This document shows, piece by piece, positions 1 to 9,306 of a stretch of 64,000 nucleotides of DNA (positions within the stretch are counted from its first letter, which is position 1; each line of letters opens with the position of its first letter). A program made the translations under genes and the position numbers. The DNA is from Candidatus Latescibacterota bacterium (lineage in GTDB: Bacteria > Latescibacterota > UBA2968 > GCA-2709665), in contig OZ250150.1 of the NCBI GenBank assembly GCA_965237675.1, positions 672,001-736,000 on the forward strand, given 5' to 3'. The notes under the pieces were generated by a model that saw only the letters and a program-made list of their open reading frames with translations, made no database searches and was not told the origin of the DNA.

Positions 1-2
1 CG

Positions 3-272
3 AATCGTGTACGTGGACAGATCCCGAAGGACTCCAAGGGGTTTTTACATCCGCTATACGAAATTCTCCTCATAGCCGAAGACAGGCCGGGCGTAATTGC
101 CGACGTCGCTCAGACCCTGGCCCGTGAGAACATCAATATTAACGACATCGAGGTGTTGAATGTAAGGGAAGGGGAAGGGGGCACCATACGAATGGGGTTC
201 GATTCACGTCCATGCGCGGAACAGGCCGTAGACGTGTTGGGAAGAGCGGGATACAGCGTCAGGCTGAGATAA
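3..272 (+). CDS. tyrA: C-terminal ACT domain, probably of prephenate dehydrogenase (partial, 5' end outside window)
   Basis: Frame 3 reads ...LYEILLIAEDRPGVIADVAQTLARENININDIEVLNVREGEGGTIRMGF...SVRLR*. It has the ACT motif DRPG and lies upstream of an aroA-like gene. Confidence 0.75.
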   Translation, partial: NRVRGQIPKDSKGFLHPLYEILLIAEDRPGVIADVAQTLARENININDIEVLNVREGEGGTIRMGFDSRPCAEQAVDVLGRAGYSVRLR

Positions 273-378
273 ACGCTAGGATCCGGAACGGGAAACGATT
301 GAACGAACGAGATCGCTGTCCGTCCGTTTGTTATTCCATTCTGAAGAAAGCGTGGTTTTGGACTTCGCGGGTTCGGTA

Positions 379-1665
379 ATGTCCCAGGGCACGGTCAAGC
401 CCTCGCAGGGCCTTGTGGGCGCGTGCGATCTTCCCGGCGATGCAAATATGTCGGTAATGGCCCTTGTGCTTTCGTCCTCGGCCGATGGAATCTCCCGGAT
501 CCACAGGTGTTCGAGACGACCGGAAGTCGAGCGGACCGGGGTTCTGCTGTCGGAACTCGGGATTACCGTGGCGTGGGACGGTGAGACCGCAACGGTGACT
601 GGCGGCGACTTATTAGAGCCGGACGCCGAGCTGCATGCGGGCGGGTCGCTGGTTCTGTTTTCCTGTCTGGCGGGATTGCTGTCGAATGCGCCTTTTGTGA
701 CCAGGCTTTCCGGGTTTCGGGCGGATACCAACGTCGACCGGGTTTTCGAGGCGCTCCGCGCGTTGGGCGCACACCTGGACATCCGGACTGAGGACCGGAT
801 ATCGGCAGGTGTGGGAGGGGGTAAGTTAACGCCCGGATCCTACCGTATCGGACTTCCTGATCTGGCGGTGAAGTGCGGAATGCTCATGGCCGGATTGGGT
901 GTGGACGGAACGGTTGAACTGGTACAGGAGACAGGCGGGGATGACGATCTGGAGGTGTTGCTGCAAGCTGCGGGCTGCGGGCTGAAAAAGAGGCGGATGA
1001 AGGGCGCCGGGGGTCATCAACTGTTGTTGGACGGACCGGTATCGCTCCACGGCGTTACACATGAGTTGCCGGGTAGTTCGGACGCGGCGCTGTTTTTTGC
1101 TCTCGCTGCGGCAATGCTGAGACGGTCTGAGTTGACGGTAACCCATTTCGGAATGGATTTCAGAAGCCGCAGGATCGTGGACATATTGCGCCGAATGGAC
1201 GTTTTGATGGATATGGAGCACTGCCGGACGGATTCCGGTTTTCCCGTTCGACGCGTCCGGATAAGGGGGTCCGAATTGCGTGGCATTAAGATCTCGGGCG
1301 AAAACGCGAGACTTTTCAGGGACGTGATCCCGTTTCTGGCGGTCGCGGGCGCCGTGTCGCGGGGCGAAACCATAATACGGGATGCGCAGACGTTGCGGGA
1401 CGGTCCGGTGGACTGTATATCGGTATTGGTGGAAAACCTCAGGAAGATGCAGATTCAAGTTGGGGAGATACCGGATGGTCTGGTTGTGAAAGGCGGCCAG
1501 TTGCAGGGCGCCGAGCTCGACGCGGGCGGCGACGCGCGCGTGGCAATGGCACTCACGCTTGCTGGGATGGCGGGCGAGGGGGAAACATCGGTAATTAACC
1601 CAGGCCCCGTGGGTCAGACGTATCCGGGGGTGTTGGAAAGATTGGCTGCCGTTTTGGAGATGTAA
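379..1665 (+). CDS. EPSP synthase (AroA) fold protein with degenerate catalytic motifs (probable pseudoenzyme)
   Basis: Colinear with class II AroA, but has PGDANMSVM, TLRDGPVDC and GDARVAMA in place of PGDKSISHR, ELRVKESDR and DHRIAMA. ATG 379 chosen as start. Confidence 0.8.
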   Translation: MSQGTVKPSQGLVGACDLPGDANMSVMALVLSSSADGISRIHRCSRRPEVERTGVLLSELGITVAWDGETATVTGGDLLEPDAELHAGGSLVLFSCLAGLLSNAPFVTRLSGFRADTNVDRVFEALRALGAHLDIRTEDRISAGVGGGKLTPGSYRIGLPDLAVKCGMLMAGLGVDGTVELVQETGGDDDLEVLLQAAGCGLKKRRMKGAGGHQLLLDGPVSLHGVTHELPGSSDAALFFALAAAMLRRSELTVTHFGMDFRSRRIVDILRRMDVLMDMEHCRTDSGFPVRRVRIRGSELRGIKISGENARLFRDVIPFLAVAGAVSRGETIIRDAQTLRDGPVDCISVLVENLRKMQIQVGEIPDGLVVKGGQLQGAELDAGGDARVAMALTLAGMAGEGETSVINPGPVGQTYPGVLERLAAVLEM

Positions 1666-1755
1666 ATCGCGCTCGTAATTCGGTTGCTTTGAGCATTTGA
1701 TCCCTCCAGGGACGGTTTGAGTCCCTGGGTCAATCGTTGGTACGAGGAGAGTCAT

Positions 1756-1896
1756 ATGAGACTGGTTGTCAGGTTGTTCCTTCTGGCGTTAATGGTGTTT
1801 CTGGGAGGCGTGGTCTTCATTCGGTACACCTACAACTGTTCCTGGAAGGAGAGTTTCGCGATTGCTGACCAGTTTGTGTCGGATCTGACCCGTTGA
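1756..1896 (+). CDS. 46-aa single-pass membrane microprotein
   Basis: RBS AGGAGA followed by ATG; MRLVVRLFLLALMVFLGGVVFIRYTYNCSWKESFAIADQFVSDLTR*. Confidence 0.6.
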   Translation: MRLVVRLFLLALMVFLGGVVFIRYTYNCSWKESFAIADQFVSDLTR

Positions 1897-1979
1897 GCAA
1901 AGTGTGGCGGTGCATTGTGCGGCGGGATTTCAACCGCGCAGATGTAAATTAGCAAAACATCAGGGCGGGGGAACCTGTT

Positions 1980-2846
1980 TTGGGTATTGTTGCAACCACG
2001 CAGTTGCTGGGGGTGATCGGGGATCCGATTGCCCATTCGTTTTCGCCGGACATGCACAATGCCGCCATCCGTGTTCTCGACGTCGACTACCGTTACATGG
2101 CGTTCCACGTGCTGTCGGATGGGGTTGAGCCGGCGCTTCAGGGTATGCGCGCTCTGCAGATCCGGGGTTTGAACGTGACCCTTCCACACAAGAGTGCCGT
2201 GATGGCGTACCTGGACCGGATTTCGGAAGAAGCGCTGGCCGTGGGCGCGGTGAATACGATTGCTTTCAAGGACGGCGAACTGGTCGGGTACAATACCGAC
2301 GTGTACGGTTTGGCCACCGCACTGGATCTGACGGCGGGCCTCGCCGTGCTCCCGGAGCACTGCGTGGTTTTAGGCGCGGGCGGCGTGGCGCGGGCGACTG
2401 TTTACGCGCTGGCTACACAAAATGAGGTCCGGCGGGTGAGCATTCTCAATCGGACCGTTGCTCGTGCGGAGGCGCTTGCGCGTGATATGGAACGGATCAC
2501 AGGCAAGGCGATCGACGCGGGCAATCTGACGAAAGACACCCAGACGAGGCGGTTCGCGGATGCCGGCCTCGTCGTGAATGGAACTTCGCTGGGGATGTAT
2601 CCGAACGTGGAGCAGTCCCCTCTTGCGGATGCAGACGCGATTCACTCACAACTGGTGCTTTACGATACGGTTTTCAACCCGCTGGAAACGCGGCTGATGC
2701 GGCAGTTTCGAGCCGCGGGCGCCCCTGCCTTTGGAGGGCTGGATATGCTGGTACATCAGGGTGCGCGTTCGTTTGCCATCTGGACGGGAATCGAACCGCC
2801 CATCGACGTCATGAAACAAGCGGTAATTGGCCGTTTAGGGGCGTAG
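1980..2846 (+). CDS. aroE: shikimate dehydrogenase
   Basis: IGDPIAHSFSPDMHN, NVTLPHK, GAVNT, GYNTD, GAGG and MLVHQGA motifs. Confidence 0.95.
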   Translation: MGIVATTQLLGVIGDPIAHSFSPDMHNAAIRVLDVDYRYMAFHVLSDGVEPALQGMRALQIRGLNVTLPHKSAVMAYLDRISEEALAVGAVNTIAFKDGELVGYNTDVYGLATALDLTAGLAVLPEHCVVLGAGGVARATVYALATQNEVRRVSILNRTVARAEALARDMERITGKAIDAGNLTKDTQTRRFADAGLVVNGTSLGMYPNVEQSPLADADAIHSQLVLYDTVFNPLETRLMRQFRAAGAPAFGGLDMLVHQGARSFAIWTGIEPPIDVMKQAVIGRLGA

Positions 2847-2848
2847 CG

Positions 2849-3568
2849 GTGTCAGGGAATATTCTGCAGGAACGCCAGGCCAAGCGGGCTTTTGTGCGTC
2901 AGATGTTCGACGGCATTGCCGGAACCTACGACCTGTTGAACCACCTGTTGAGCGCGGGCGTGGATATTCTCTGGCGGCGATGGACGGTGGACGCACTGGA
3001 ATTGCAGGCCGGCTGGTGGATCCTGGACCTCGCTACGGGAACGGGCGACCTGGGCCTCGAAGCGGCTGCGCGCGACTCCGGGATTCGGGTTGTGGGTGCG
3101 GACCTGTCCGTACCTATGCTTCGGCTCGGAAGAAAAAAGCTGAATCGAAGATCCGGCCAACTGTTTCTCTTATGTGGAGACGCGGAGCGGCTGCCGTTTC
3201 CCGACGCACGTTTTCACGCCGTAACGATCGGTTTCGGAGTACGAAACTTTTCGGACCTGACGGCTGGCCTCCGGGAAATACAACGGGTTTTGCGCCCAGG
3301 GGGCCGGTTGGCAATTCTGGAGTTTTCCCGGCCCAGGGCGTTCCTGTTGCGACGGGTCTATTTTTTTTATTTCAAATCTATCCTGCCCGGGATCGGTCGG
3401 CTTGTTTCGCGAAATCCTCAAGCGTATCGGTATCTTTATGAGTCTGTGATGAATTTCCCGGAGGGAAAAGCATTCCGAAGGCGTCTGACGCAAGCCGGTT
3501 TTGTGGAGCCGGTGGAACGCCGGTTGACCTTTGGTATTGCGACCATCCATTTGGCTTCAAAACCGTAA
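2849..3568 (+). CDS. ubiE: UbiE/MenG quinone C-methyltransferase
   Basis: MFDGIAGTYDLLNHLLSAG, LDLATGTGD, IGFGVRN, RVLRPGG, LEFS and YRYLYES. Confidence 0.93.
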   Translation: MSGNILQERQAKRAFVRQMFDGIAGTYDLLNHLLSAGVDILWRRWTVDALELQAGWWILDLATGTGDLGLEAAARDSGIRVVGADLSVPMLRLGRKKLNRRSGQLFLLCGDAERLPFPDARFHAVTIGFGVRNFSDLTAGLREIQRVLRPGGRLAILEFSRPRAFLLRRVYFFYFKSILPGIGRLVSRNPQAYRYLYESVMNFPEGKAFRRRLTQAGFVEPVERRLTFGIATIHLASKP

Positions 3569-3640
3569 AAACTCTTTGCTCGTCATACGGTCGTTATAGA
3601 TTCTTGCCCCAGTTTTATTGAGCGCATCGATTGTGGCCTA

Positions 3641-3954
3641 TTGGCGGTTGCGGCAGCACGTGTCTGGAAACATTTGCGTGCGAATCGGCTTGATGGCTTT
3701 TACTTTCGACGGCAACAAATCATCGACGGCTTTATTGTCGATTTCTACTGTCATTCAGTCGGATTGGTAATTGAAGTCGATGGCGAGGTTCACCAGAATC
3801 AGGTTGCGTATGATGCAAAACGGGATGGCATTCTCAAAGCGCGAGGATTACAGGTTTTACGCATTTCAAATGTTGAAATTCGCACGGATTTAGATGGCGT
3901 TCTCCAATCAATCAGAGCTTATATAAAACAGTGTTTACTCAACGCTTGGTTCAA
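3641..3954 (+). pseudogene. 5'-truncated DUF559 (Vsr-like) endonuclease
   Basis: WKHLRANRLDGFYFRRQQIIDGFIVDFYC..LVIEVDGEVH..YDAKRD..L..RGLQVLRISN. The usual N-terminal segment is missing and there is no stop before argS. Confidence 0.75.
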
Positions 3955-3996
3955 CTCCCCCTTTCCTCGTAGGAGAGGGAGCTGGGGGGAGAGGTC
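3955..3996 (+). repeat. palindromic REP-like repeat (CTCCCCCT..GGAGAGGG..GGGGGGAGAGGTC), copy 1
   Basis: Near-identical copy at 49784-49824 and a partial copy at 49919-49938. Confidence 0.85.
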
Positions 3997-4003
3997 CTCC
4001 TTT

Positions 4004-5707
4004 ATGGTCAATCCTTTTATTGAAGAAATCGTATTGCAGGTGTCAAAAGCGACTGATCTGCGCCCCGATGAGGTGAGGGCGCTGATCGAGGTCCCTCCAA
4101 AACCAGCGATGGGGGATTTCGCCCTACCGTGCTTCAGGCTTGCAAAAACGCTGCGGAAGGCGCCGAATCAGATCGCCAGGGATCTTGAAGAACGAGTGCG
4201 CACGGGCGGACGCATCGCCCGGGTCAGTGCCGAGGGCCCATATCTCAATATTTTCGTGAGCCAGACCGAATTTGTGCGGGAGACGCTATCGGAAATTCTC
4301 GCCGGGGGCGGGCAATTTGGCCAGAGCGGCGTGGGCGCGGGGAAGACGGTCGTGATCGATTTTTCGTCACCAGATATATCCAAGCCATTCACCGTCGCCC
4401 ACATCCGTTCGACGGCAATTGGAAATTCGCTCTGCAGGATATACAGGACCCTCGGTTGGAACGTGCTCGGCATCAACCACCTTGGGGACTGGGGCGCCAA
4501 GCAGGGAATGAATATCGCGGCGTACAAACGCTGGGGAGATGAAAGCGCGGTTCGCAGGAATCCTCCCTATGAGCTATTTAACCTGTACGTAAAATTCAAT
4601 GCCGAGATGGAACGGGATCCGTCTCTCAGAAACGACGTGAAGGACTGGACCAGGAAACTGGAGGCGGGCGATCCCGAGGCGATCCGGCTCTGGAGCTGGT
4701 TCCGGGATGTGACCTTTAAGGACTTCAAGCGAATTTATAAATTGATGGACGTGGAATTTACCGAATACACGGGAGAGAGTTTTTTTCACGATAAGGTGGG
4801 GCCGGTTGTCGAAGCACTTAAGGCGAAGGGGCTGGCTGTGGAGAGTGAGGGCGCCCTCGTGGTGATGCTGGACGATGAAGATATGCCCCCGGCCATCATC
4901 CAGACCGGACACGATACCAGCGTCTATCTCACACGCGATCTGGCCGCGGCGATTTACCGCAAGGAGACCTACGACTTCGATAAGTTGATCTATACGACCG
5001 ACGCCGGGCAGTCCCTGCATTTTCGGCAGCTTTTCAAGGTGCTGGAACGGATGGGCCATGATTGGGCAAAGGACTGTATCCACGTCCCCTTCGGTATTAT
5101 TTCCTTCAAAGACGGAAGGATGTCTACCCGCAGGGGCAATGTGATTTTCCTTGAGGATGTGCTGAACCGCGCGATAGAACTGACACGGGATATTATTGAG
5201 GACAAGAATCCGGATCTTCCCAATAAAGACGGGATCGCCCGGGACGTGGGCATCGGCGCGGTGGTCTACGCGGATCTCGATTCCCGCCGGACGCGGGACG
5301 TGGTGTTCGACTGGGATGAAATCCTTAATTTCAACGGCGAAACCGGCCCCTACGTTCAATATACCCATGCACGCTATTGCAGCGTGCTGCGAAGATACGG
5401 AGGCGCCGTGCCGCCGCCCGAGGCAGACCTTTCACTGTTAACCGAACCCGAGACCGTGGCGGTGGTCAAGTGCCTCGAACGGTTTCCGGCGCGAATCCGG
5501 AACGCGGCCGAGGCCTGCGAGCCGTCTCTGATTGCCGGGTTCCTGATCGAACTCTGTACAGAGGCGAACCGGTTTTACAACGCCCACCGGGTCAATTCGG
5601 AGGACCTGCCCCTGACCCGGGCGCGTATCGCCCTGGTTTATTCCATCACGGTCGTTCTGGCCGCCGGCCTTCATCTGCTGGGGTTGCGGGCGCCCGAGGA
5701 GATGTGA
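4004..5707 (+). CDS. argS: arginine--tRNA ligase
   Basis: PPKPAMGDFALPCF, DFSSPDISKPFTVAHIRST, NHLGDWG, MSTRRG, GETGPYVQYTHAR and C-terminal PEEM. Confidence 0.96.
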   Translation: MVNPFIEEIVLQVSKATDLRPDEVRALIEVPPKPAMGDFALPCFRLAKTLRKAPNQIARDLEERVRTGGRIARVSAEGPYLNIFVSQTEFVRETLSEILAGGGQFGQSGVGAGKTVVIDFSSPDISKPFTVAHIRSTAIGNSLCRIYRTLGWNVLGINHLGDWGAKQGMNIAAYKRWGDESAVRRNPPYELFNLYVKFNAEMERDPSLRNDVKDWTRKLEAGDPEAIRLWSWFRDVTFKDFKRIYKLMDVEFTEYTGESFFHDKVGPVVEALKAKGLAVESEGALVVMLDDEDMPPAIIQTGHDTSVYLTRDLAAAIYRKETYDFDKLIYTTDAGQSLHFRQLFKVLERMGHDWAKDCIHVPFGIISFKDGRMSTRRGNVIFLEDVLNRAIELTRDIIEDKNPDLPNKDGIARDVGIGAVVYADLDSRRTRDVVFDWDEILNFNGETGPYVQYTHARYCSVLRRYGGAVPPPEADLSLLTEPETVAVVKCLERFPARIRNAAEACEPSLIAGFLIELCTEANRFYNAHRVNSEDLPLTRARIALVYSITVVLAAGLHLLGLRAPEEM

Positions 5708-5818
5708 GTCACGGCCCGCTGTATCACCCTTCCGAAACGGCGTTGAACGCCGCCGGTATCCAGGCGTCGTCGTTATTGACGGGACACTGAAGGCATATTT
5801 CTTCAGAGGTGGTTGTGA

Positions 5819-5980
5819 ATGGAAACCGGACTGGCAACGCTTAATTCCATTAACCCGTTACGGGAAACGCGACACCCGAGCCCTCTTGCTGCATCCGGAA
5901 AGAACTCCGCGCTGTTCGTCGCGTTTCAGAGCAACAGTACAGATCGCCAGGCGCAGGCAGGGCGGGGGCGCGCATCGTGA
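5819..5980 (+). CDS. possible 53-aa leader ORF coupled to aroK
   Basis: AGAGGTG RBS-like sequence before ATG 5819; its TGA overlaps the aroK GTG (GTGA). Confidence 0.35.
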   Translation: METGLATLNSINPLRETRHPSPLAASGKNSALFVAFQSNSTDRQAQAGRGRAS

Positions 5981-6522
5981 ACCGGTTGCAGGGCAGGCCA
6001 ATTTTCCTGACCGGGTTCATGGCGACCGGCAAGAGCAAGATCGGGCAAATTCTGGCGCAACGCCTGGGTCGGATATTTGCAGATACCGATGCGTTGATCG
6101 TGGAGACGGCCGGGAAGTCGATTCCCCGGATCTTCGCGGAAGACGGAGAGGCCGCATTCCGCCGTATCGAGCGCGGTTGCGTGGTGCGGGCGGCCGAAAT
6201 GCGGGATGCTGTGATTGCTTTGGGTGGCGGCGCGGTCACACACGAGGAGAACTGGGATACCATTCGCGCGTCCGGTGTGTGTCTGTGTCTGCGGGCATCT
6301 GCTGAGACCATCTTTACGCGCCTGCGCAGGACAGAGGGAGAACGGCCGCTGATGGCTGGATTGAACGATGAGGACCGGATGGCGAAGATCCGGGCGATGC
6401 TGGCCGCCCGGGCGCCGTTTTACGACCGTGCGGATGTATTCGTGGAGTCGACGGAGTGTCGTACACTGGAAGAGACCGTTGAACTGGCAGTGTCGGCTTT
6501 GGAAGGCCTTGATTCGCAATAA
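5977..6522 (+). CDS. aroK: shikimate kinase
   Basis: GFMATGKS P-loop, DTD, GEAAFRRIE, ALGGG and RPL. Confidence 0.95.
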   Translation: MNRLQGRPIFLTGFMATGKSKIGQILAQRLGRIFADTDALIVETAGKSIPRIFAEDGEAAFRRIERGCVVRAAEMRDAVIALGGGAVTHEENWDTIRASGVCLCLRASAETIFTRLRRTEGERPLMAGLNDEDRMAKIRAMLAARAPFYDRADVFVESTECRTLEETVELAVSALEGLDSQ

Positions 6523-6544
6523 GGGCGTTGGAAGGCCACTGCGT

Positions 6545-7693
6545 ATGGGATCTCAAGTCGTACAGAGCGGAATGCGGACCGTAAGGGTCGGTCTTGGCAG
6601 CCGCAGTTATTCGATACTGATTGGACACGGGATTCTGTCCGGATTTGGCGACGCGTACACCGCGGCCGGGTTGGGTTCCACTGCGGCGGTCGTGACCAAC
6701 CCGACGGTGGCGCGGCTCTACCTGGATCCGGTCAGGGCCGGTCTGGAGGCGCGGGGTGTGGCTGTGAGGGTGGTGGAGATTCCGGATGGAGAGGAATTCA
6801 AGACCCTGGAGACGGCAGGGTGGATATATGGCGAACTGATTCAGGCTGGCCTGGATCGGCGCAGTTGTATCGTAACGCTGGGGGGCGGTGTTGTGGGCGA
6901 TACGGCCGGATTCGTGGCGGCGACGTATCTGCGCGGAGTCGATTTCGTGCAAGTCCCCACCACCCTGGAGGCGCAGGTCGATGCCAGCGTGGGCGGGAAG
7001 ACCGGAGTAGATCACCCGCTGGGAAAGAATATGATCGGGGCATTTTATCAGCCGAAACTGGTTTATGTTGACGCGGAAACGCTGATGACCCTGCCCAGGC
7101 GGGAGGTGGCTGCCGGGATGGCTGAGGTGATCAAACACGGATTGATCCGGGACGCGGGACTCGTGGAAGTCCTGGAAAAATCAATCGAGAAGGTGGCGGA
7201 TCTGGCGATAGGACCGGAACAGTTGGTCAGGTTAATCGCGCGAAACTGTCGCATTAAGGCCGATGTCGTGGCGGCAGATGAGACCGAGGCGGGATTGCGG
7301 GAAATCCTCAACTACGGTCACACGGTGGGACACGCGATAGAGGCGGTGACGAATTACACGGTTTACAAACACGGAGAGGCCGTTTTGTTAGGCATGCTGG
7401 CTGCGGGCAGAATCGGGGTCATCAAGGGGTTCTGGAAACCAGCGGACCTGGAACGGCAGAACGCGTTAATCGGAAGACTCGGGATTCCGTCCGGCGCCTG
7501 CGCAATGCAAGCAGACGAACTGATCGGGCGAATGGCGAGCGACAAGAAGGCGCGGGATGGCGTGATCCGGTTTGTCCTGCCGGAGGCGATTGGCCGTGCG
7601 GTGTCGTGCGACACCGTGAATAGACAGGAGATCGAGGACGGAATTCGGTATATGCAGGATCGTTCGCGCGAATCGGGCTGCGGGGCGTCGTAA
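6545..7693 (+). CDS. aroB: 3-dehydroquinate synthase
   Basis: DGEEFK, LGGGVVGDTAGFVAATYLRG, PTTLEAQVDASVGGKT and LNYGHTVGHAIE. Start is 6545 or 6572. Confidence 0.96.
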   Translation: MGSQVVQSGMRTVRVGLGSRSYSILIGHGILSGFGDAYTAAGLGSTAAVVTNPTVARLYLDPVRAGLEARGVAVRVVEIPDGEEFKTLETAGWIYGELIQAGLDRRSCIVTLGGGVVGDTAGFVAATYLRGVDFVQVPTTLEAQVDASVGGKTGVDHPLGKNMIGAFYQPKLVYVDAETLMTLPRREVAAGMAEVIKHGLIRDAGLVEVLEKSIEKVADLAIGPEQLVRLIARNCRIKADVVAADETEAGLREILNYGHTVGHAIEAVTNYTVYKHGEAVLLGMLAAGRIGVIKGFWKPADLERQNALIGRLGIPSGACAMQADELIGRMASDKKARDGVIRFVLPEAIGRAVSCDTVNRQEIEDGIRYMQDRSRESGCGAS

Positions 7694-7710
7694 TCGGGAG
7701 ACGATCCGCT

Positions 7711-8214
7711 TCAACGCGTCAAGCGTCTGATGACGGCGCTGTGTTCAGGGAAGCTCCGAATCAGATCGGTGCGATTCGCCAGTTCAAGCTCTTCAAATTC
7801 GAAACCGGGGGCAACGGTACCGCCCACCAGGGCGTATGAGCCGGGCTCATTCAGCGTGGCGCCGTACCAGCACCGGGCGCCGATTGCCGCCACGAAATAT
7901 TCATCATTTTCGGGGTTGCTGCCGAGCAGGATGCGGTCGTATCTGCCCCTTTGATCGATCGTATGAATGGTGATGGACGATCCGGCGTAGAAGTGCCAGA
8001 CTTCGTCGGACTGAATGCGGTGAAGGGCGGAAAATTCGTTGTCCTTGAGGAGGTAGTAGATGGCGGTAGACAACGATCGGGGACCGATGAAACGCTCCGG
8101 AAGCGCCTGAGCTGCGACTGTCTCCTCCGCGCGGTATATTTCCCGATAGAAACCGCCTTCCGGATGTTTCTTCAGATTCAATTTGGAGATCCAGTAATCG
8201 GCGTTCTGTTCCAT
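7711..8214 (-). CDS. cupin, DUF985 family
   Basis: LNLKKHPEGGFYRE, STAIYYLL, LHRIQSDEVWHFYAG and TVAPGFEF. Confidence 0.9.
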   Translation of the reverse strand: MEQNADYWISKLNLKKHPEGGFYREIYRAEETVAAQALPERFIGPRSLSTAIYYLLKDNEFSALHRIQSDEVWHFYAGSSITIHTIDQRGRYDRILLGSNPENDEYFVAAIGARCWYGATLNEPGSYALVGGTVAPGFEFEELELANRTDLIRSFPEHSAVIRRLTR

Positions 8215-8253
8215 AGCAATGTGTATGGCCTGCGAAAAAGTGGCGCTATGCGC

Positions 8254-9306
8254 CTACGCGATAACCCCGCCGCCCAGGCAAATGTCGCCATTGTAGAAGA
8301 CGGCCGATTGTCCGGCGGCGACACCCGAATCCTTTTCCGACATTTGCACGGTCAGGCGGGTGCCGCCCGCAGGCGTAATGCGACATGGAACGCGTCGGGG
8401 ACCGTGTCGGATCTTGACATGAACATCGTGTCGATCCGGGGCGCCGGAGATCCAGTTCGGATCTGAAACCGTGAAACGACTCGATGCCCGGTCCGTCCGG
8501 TGGGTCTTGTGGGACACGTAGATAACGTTGCCGTCGGTGTCTTTCTTCACCACGTACCAGGGGCCGGCAGCAAGGCCCAGGCCTTCACGCTGTCCGATGG
8601 TATAAAACCAGTAGCCCCGGTGCCGGCCGAGCCGGGCCCCCGATTCCAGTTCGATGATATCTCCGGGTTGCTCACCCAGATGCGCTTTGACAAAGTCGGT
8701 ATAGCTTATTTTGCCCAGAAAGCAGATGCCCTGGCTGTCTTTGCGGTTGTGGTTAGGCAGGCCGAAATCCATTGCATATTCCCGGACCTGCTGTTTGGTG
8801 AGGTGGCCGATGGGGAAACATGCGCGTTGGAGTTGCGCCTGGCTGAGTCCGGAAAGAAAGTATGTCTGGTCCTTGATGGGGTCGGGCGCTTGCCTCAGGT
8901 AACAGGTACCGTCTGTTTCGTCGATCCGGGCATAGTGGCCCGAGGCGACTTTATGGTAGCTGCAGTCGATTCGGTTGGTGAACTCGCCGAATTTGATGCG
9001 CCGGTTGCAGACGATGTCCGGGCTGGGGGTCCGTCCGGCTCTGAGTTCGGACACCGCGTGGGAGACAACCCGGTCCAGGTATTCGGCCTGGAGGGGGATG
9101 ATTCTGAGCGGTACCCCAACCTGTTCGCAGACAGCGCGTGCGTACTTGAGGTCTTCCTCCCAGGGGCAGTCGCCCAGGAAAGCAAGTTCGTCTTCGAGCC
9201 AGATCTTGAGGTAAAAAGCGGTGACCTCGTGGCGGTCCTCCCTGCGCAGCAGGGTCAGGGCCACGGAACTGTCGACGCCGCCGGAGAGCAGGAGTGCGAT
9301 TTTCAT
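8254..9306 (-). CDS. mnmA: tRNA 2-thiouridylase
   Basis: SGGVDSSV, TPSPDIVCN, SGHYA, KDQTYFL, DSQGICF, YTIGQR and GQSAVFY. Confidence 0.96.
   Translation of the reverse strand: MKIALLLSGGVDSSVALTLLRREDRHEVTAFYLKIWLEDELAFLGDCPWEEDLKYARAVCEQVGVPLRIIPLQAEYLDRVVSHAVSELRAGRTPSPDIVCNRRIKFGEFTNRIDCSYHKVASGHYARIDETDGTCYLRQAPDPIKDQTYFLSGLSQAQLQRACFPIGHLTKQQVREYAMDFGLPNHNRKDSQGICFLGKISYTDFVKAHLGEQPGDIIELESGARLGRHRGYWFYTIGQREGLGLAAGPWYVVKKDTDGNVIYVSHKTHRTDRASSRFTVSDPNWISGAPDRHDVHVKIRHGPRRVPCRITPAGGTRLTVQMSEKDSGVAAGQSAVFYNGDICLGGGVIA

Noticed and set aside
3641-5707. A genuine 688-aa DUF559-ArgRS fusion enzyme
   Set aside because: The nuclease part is 5'-truncated with a weak TTG start, the linker is translated repeat DNA, and ArgRS has a normal start at 4004
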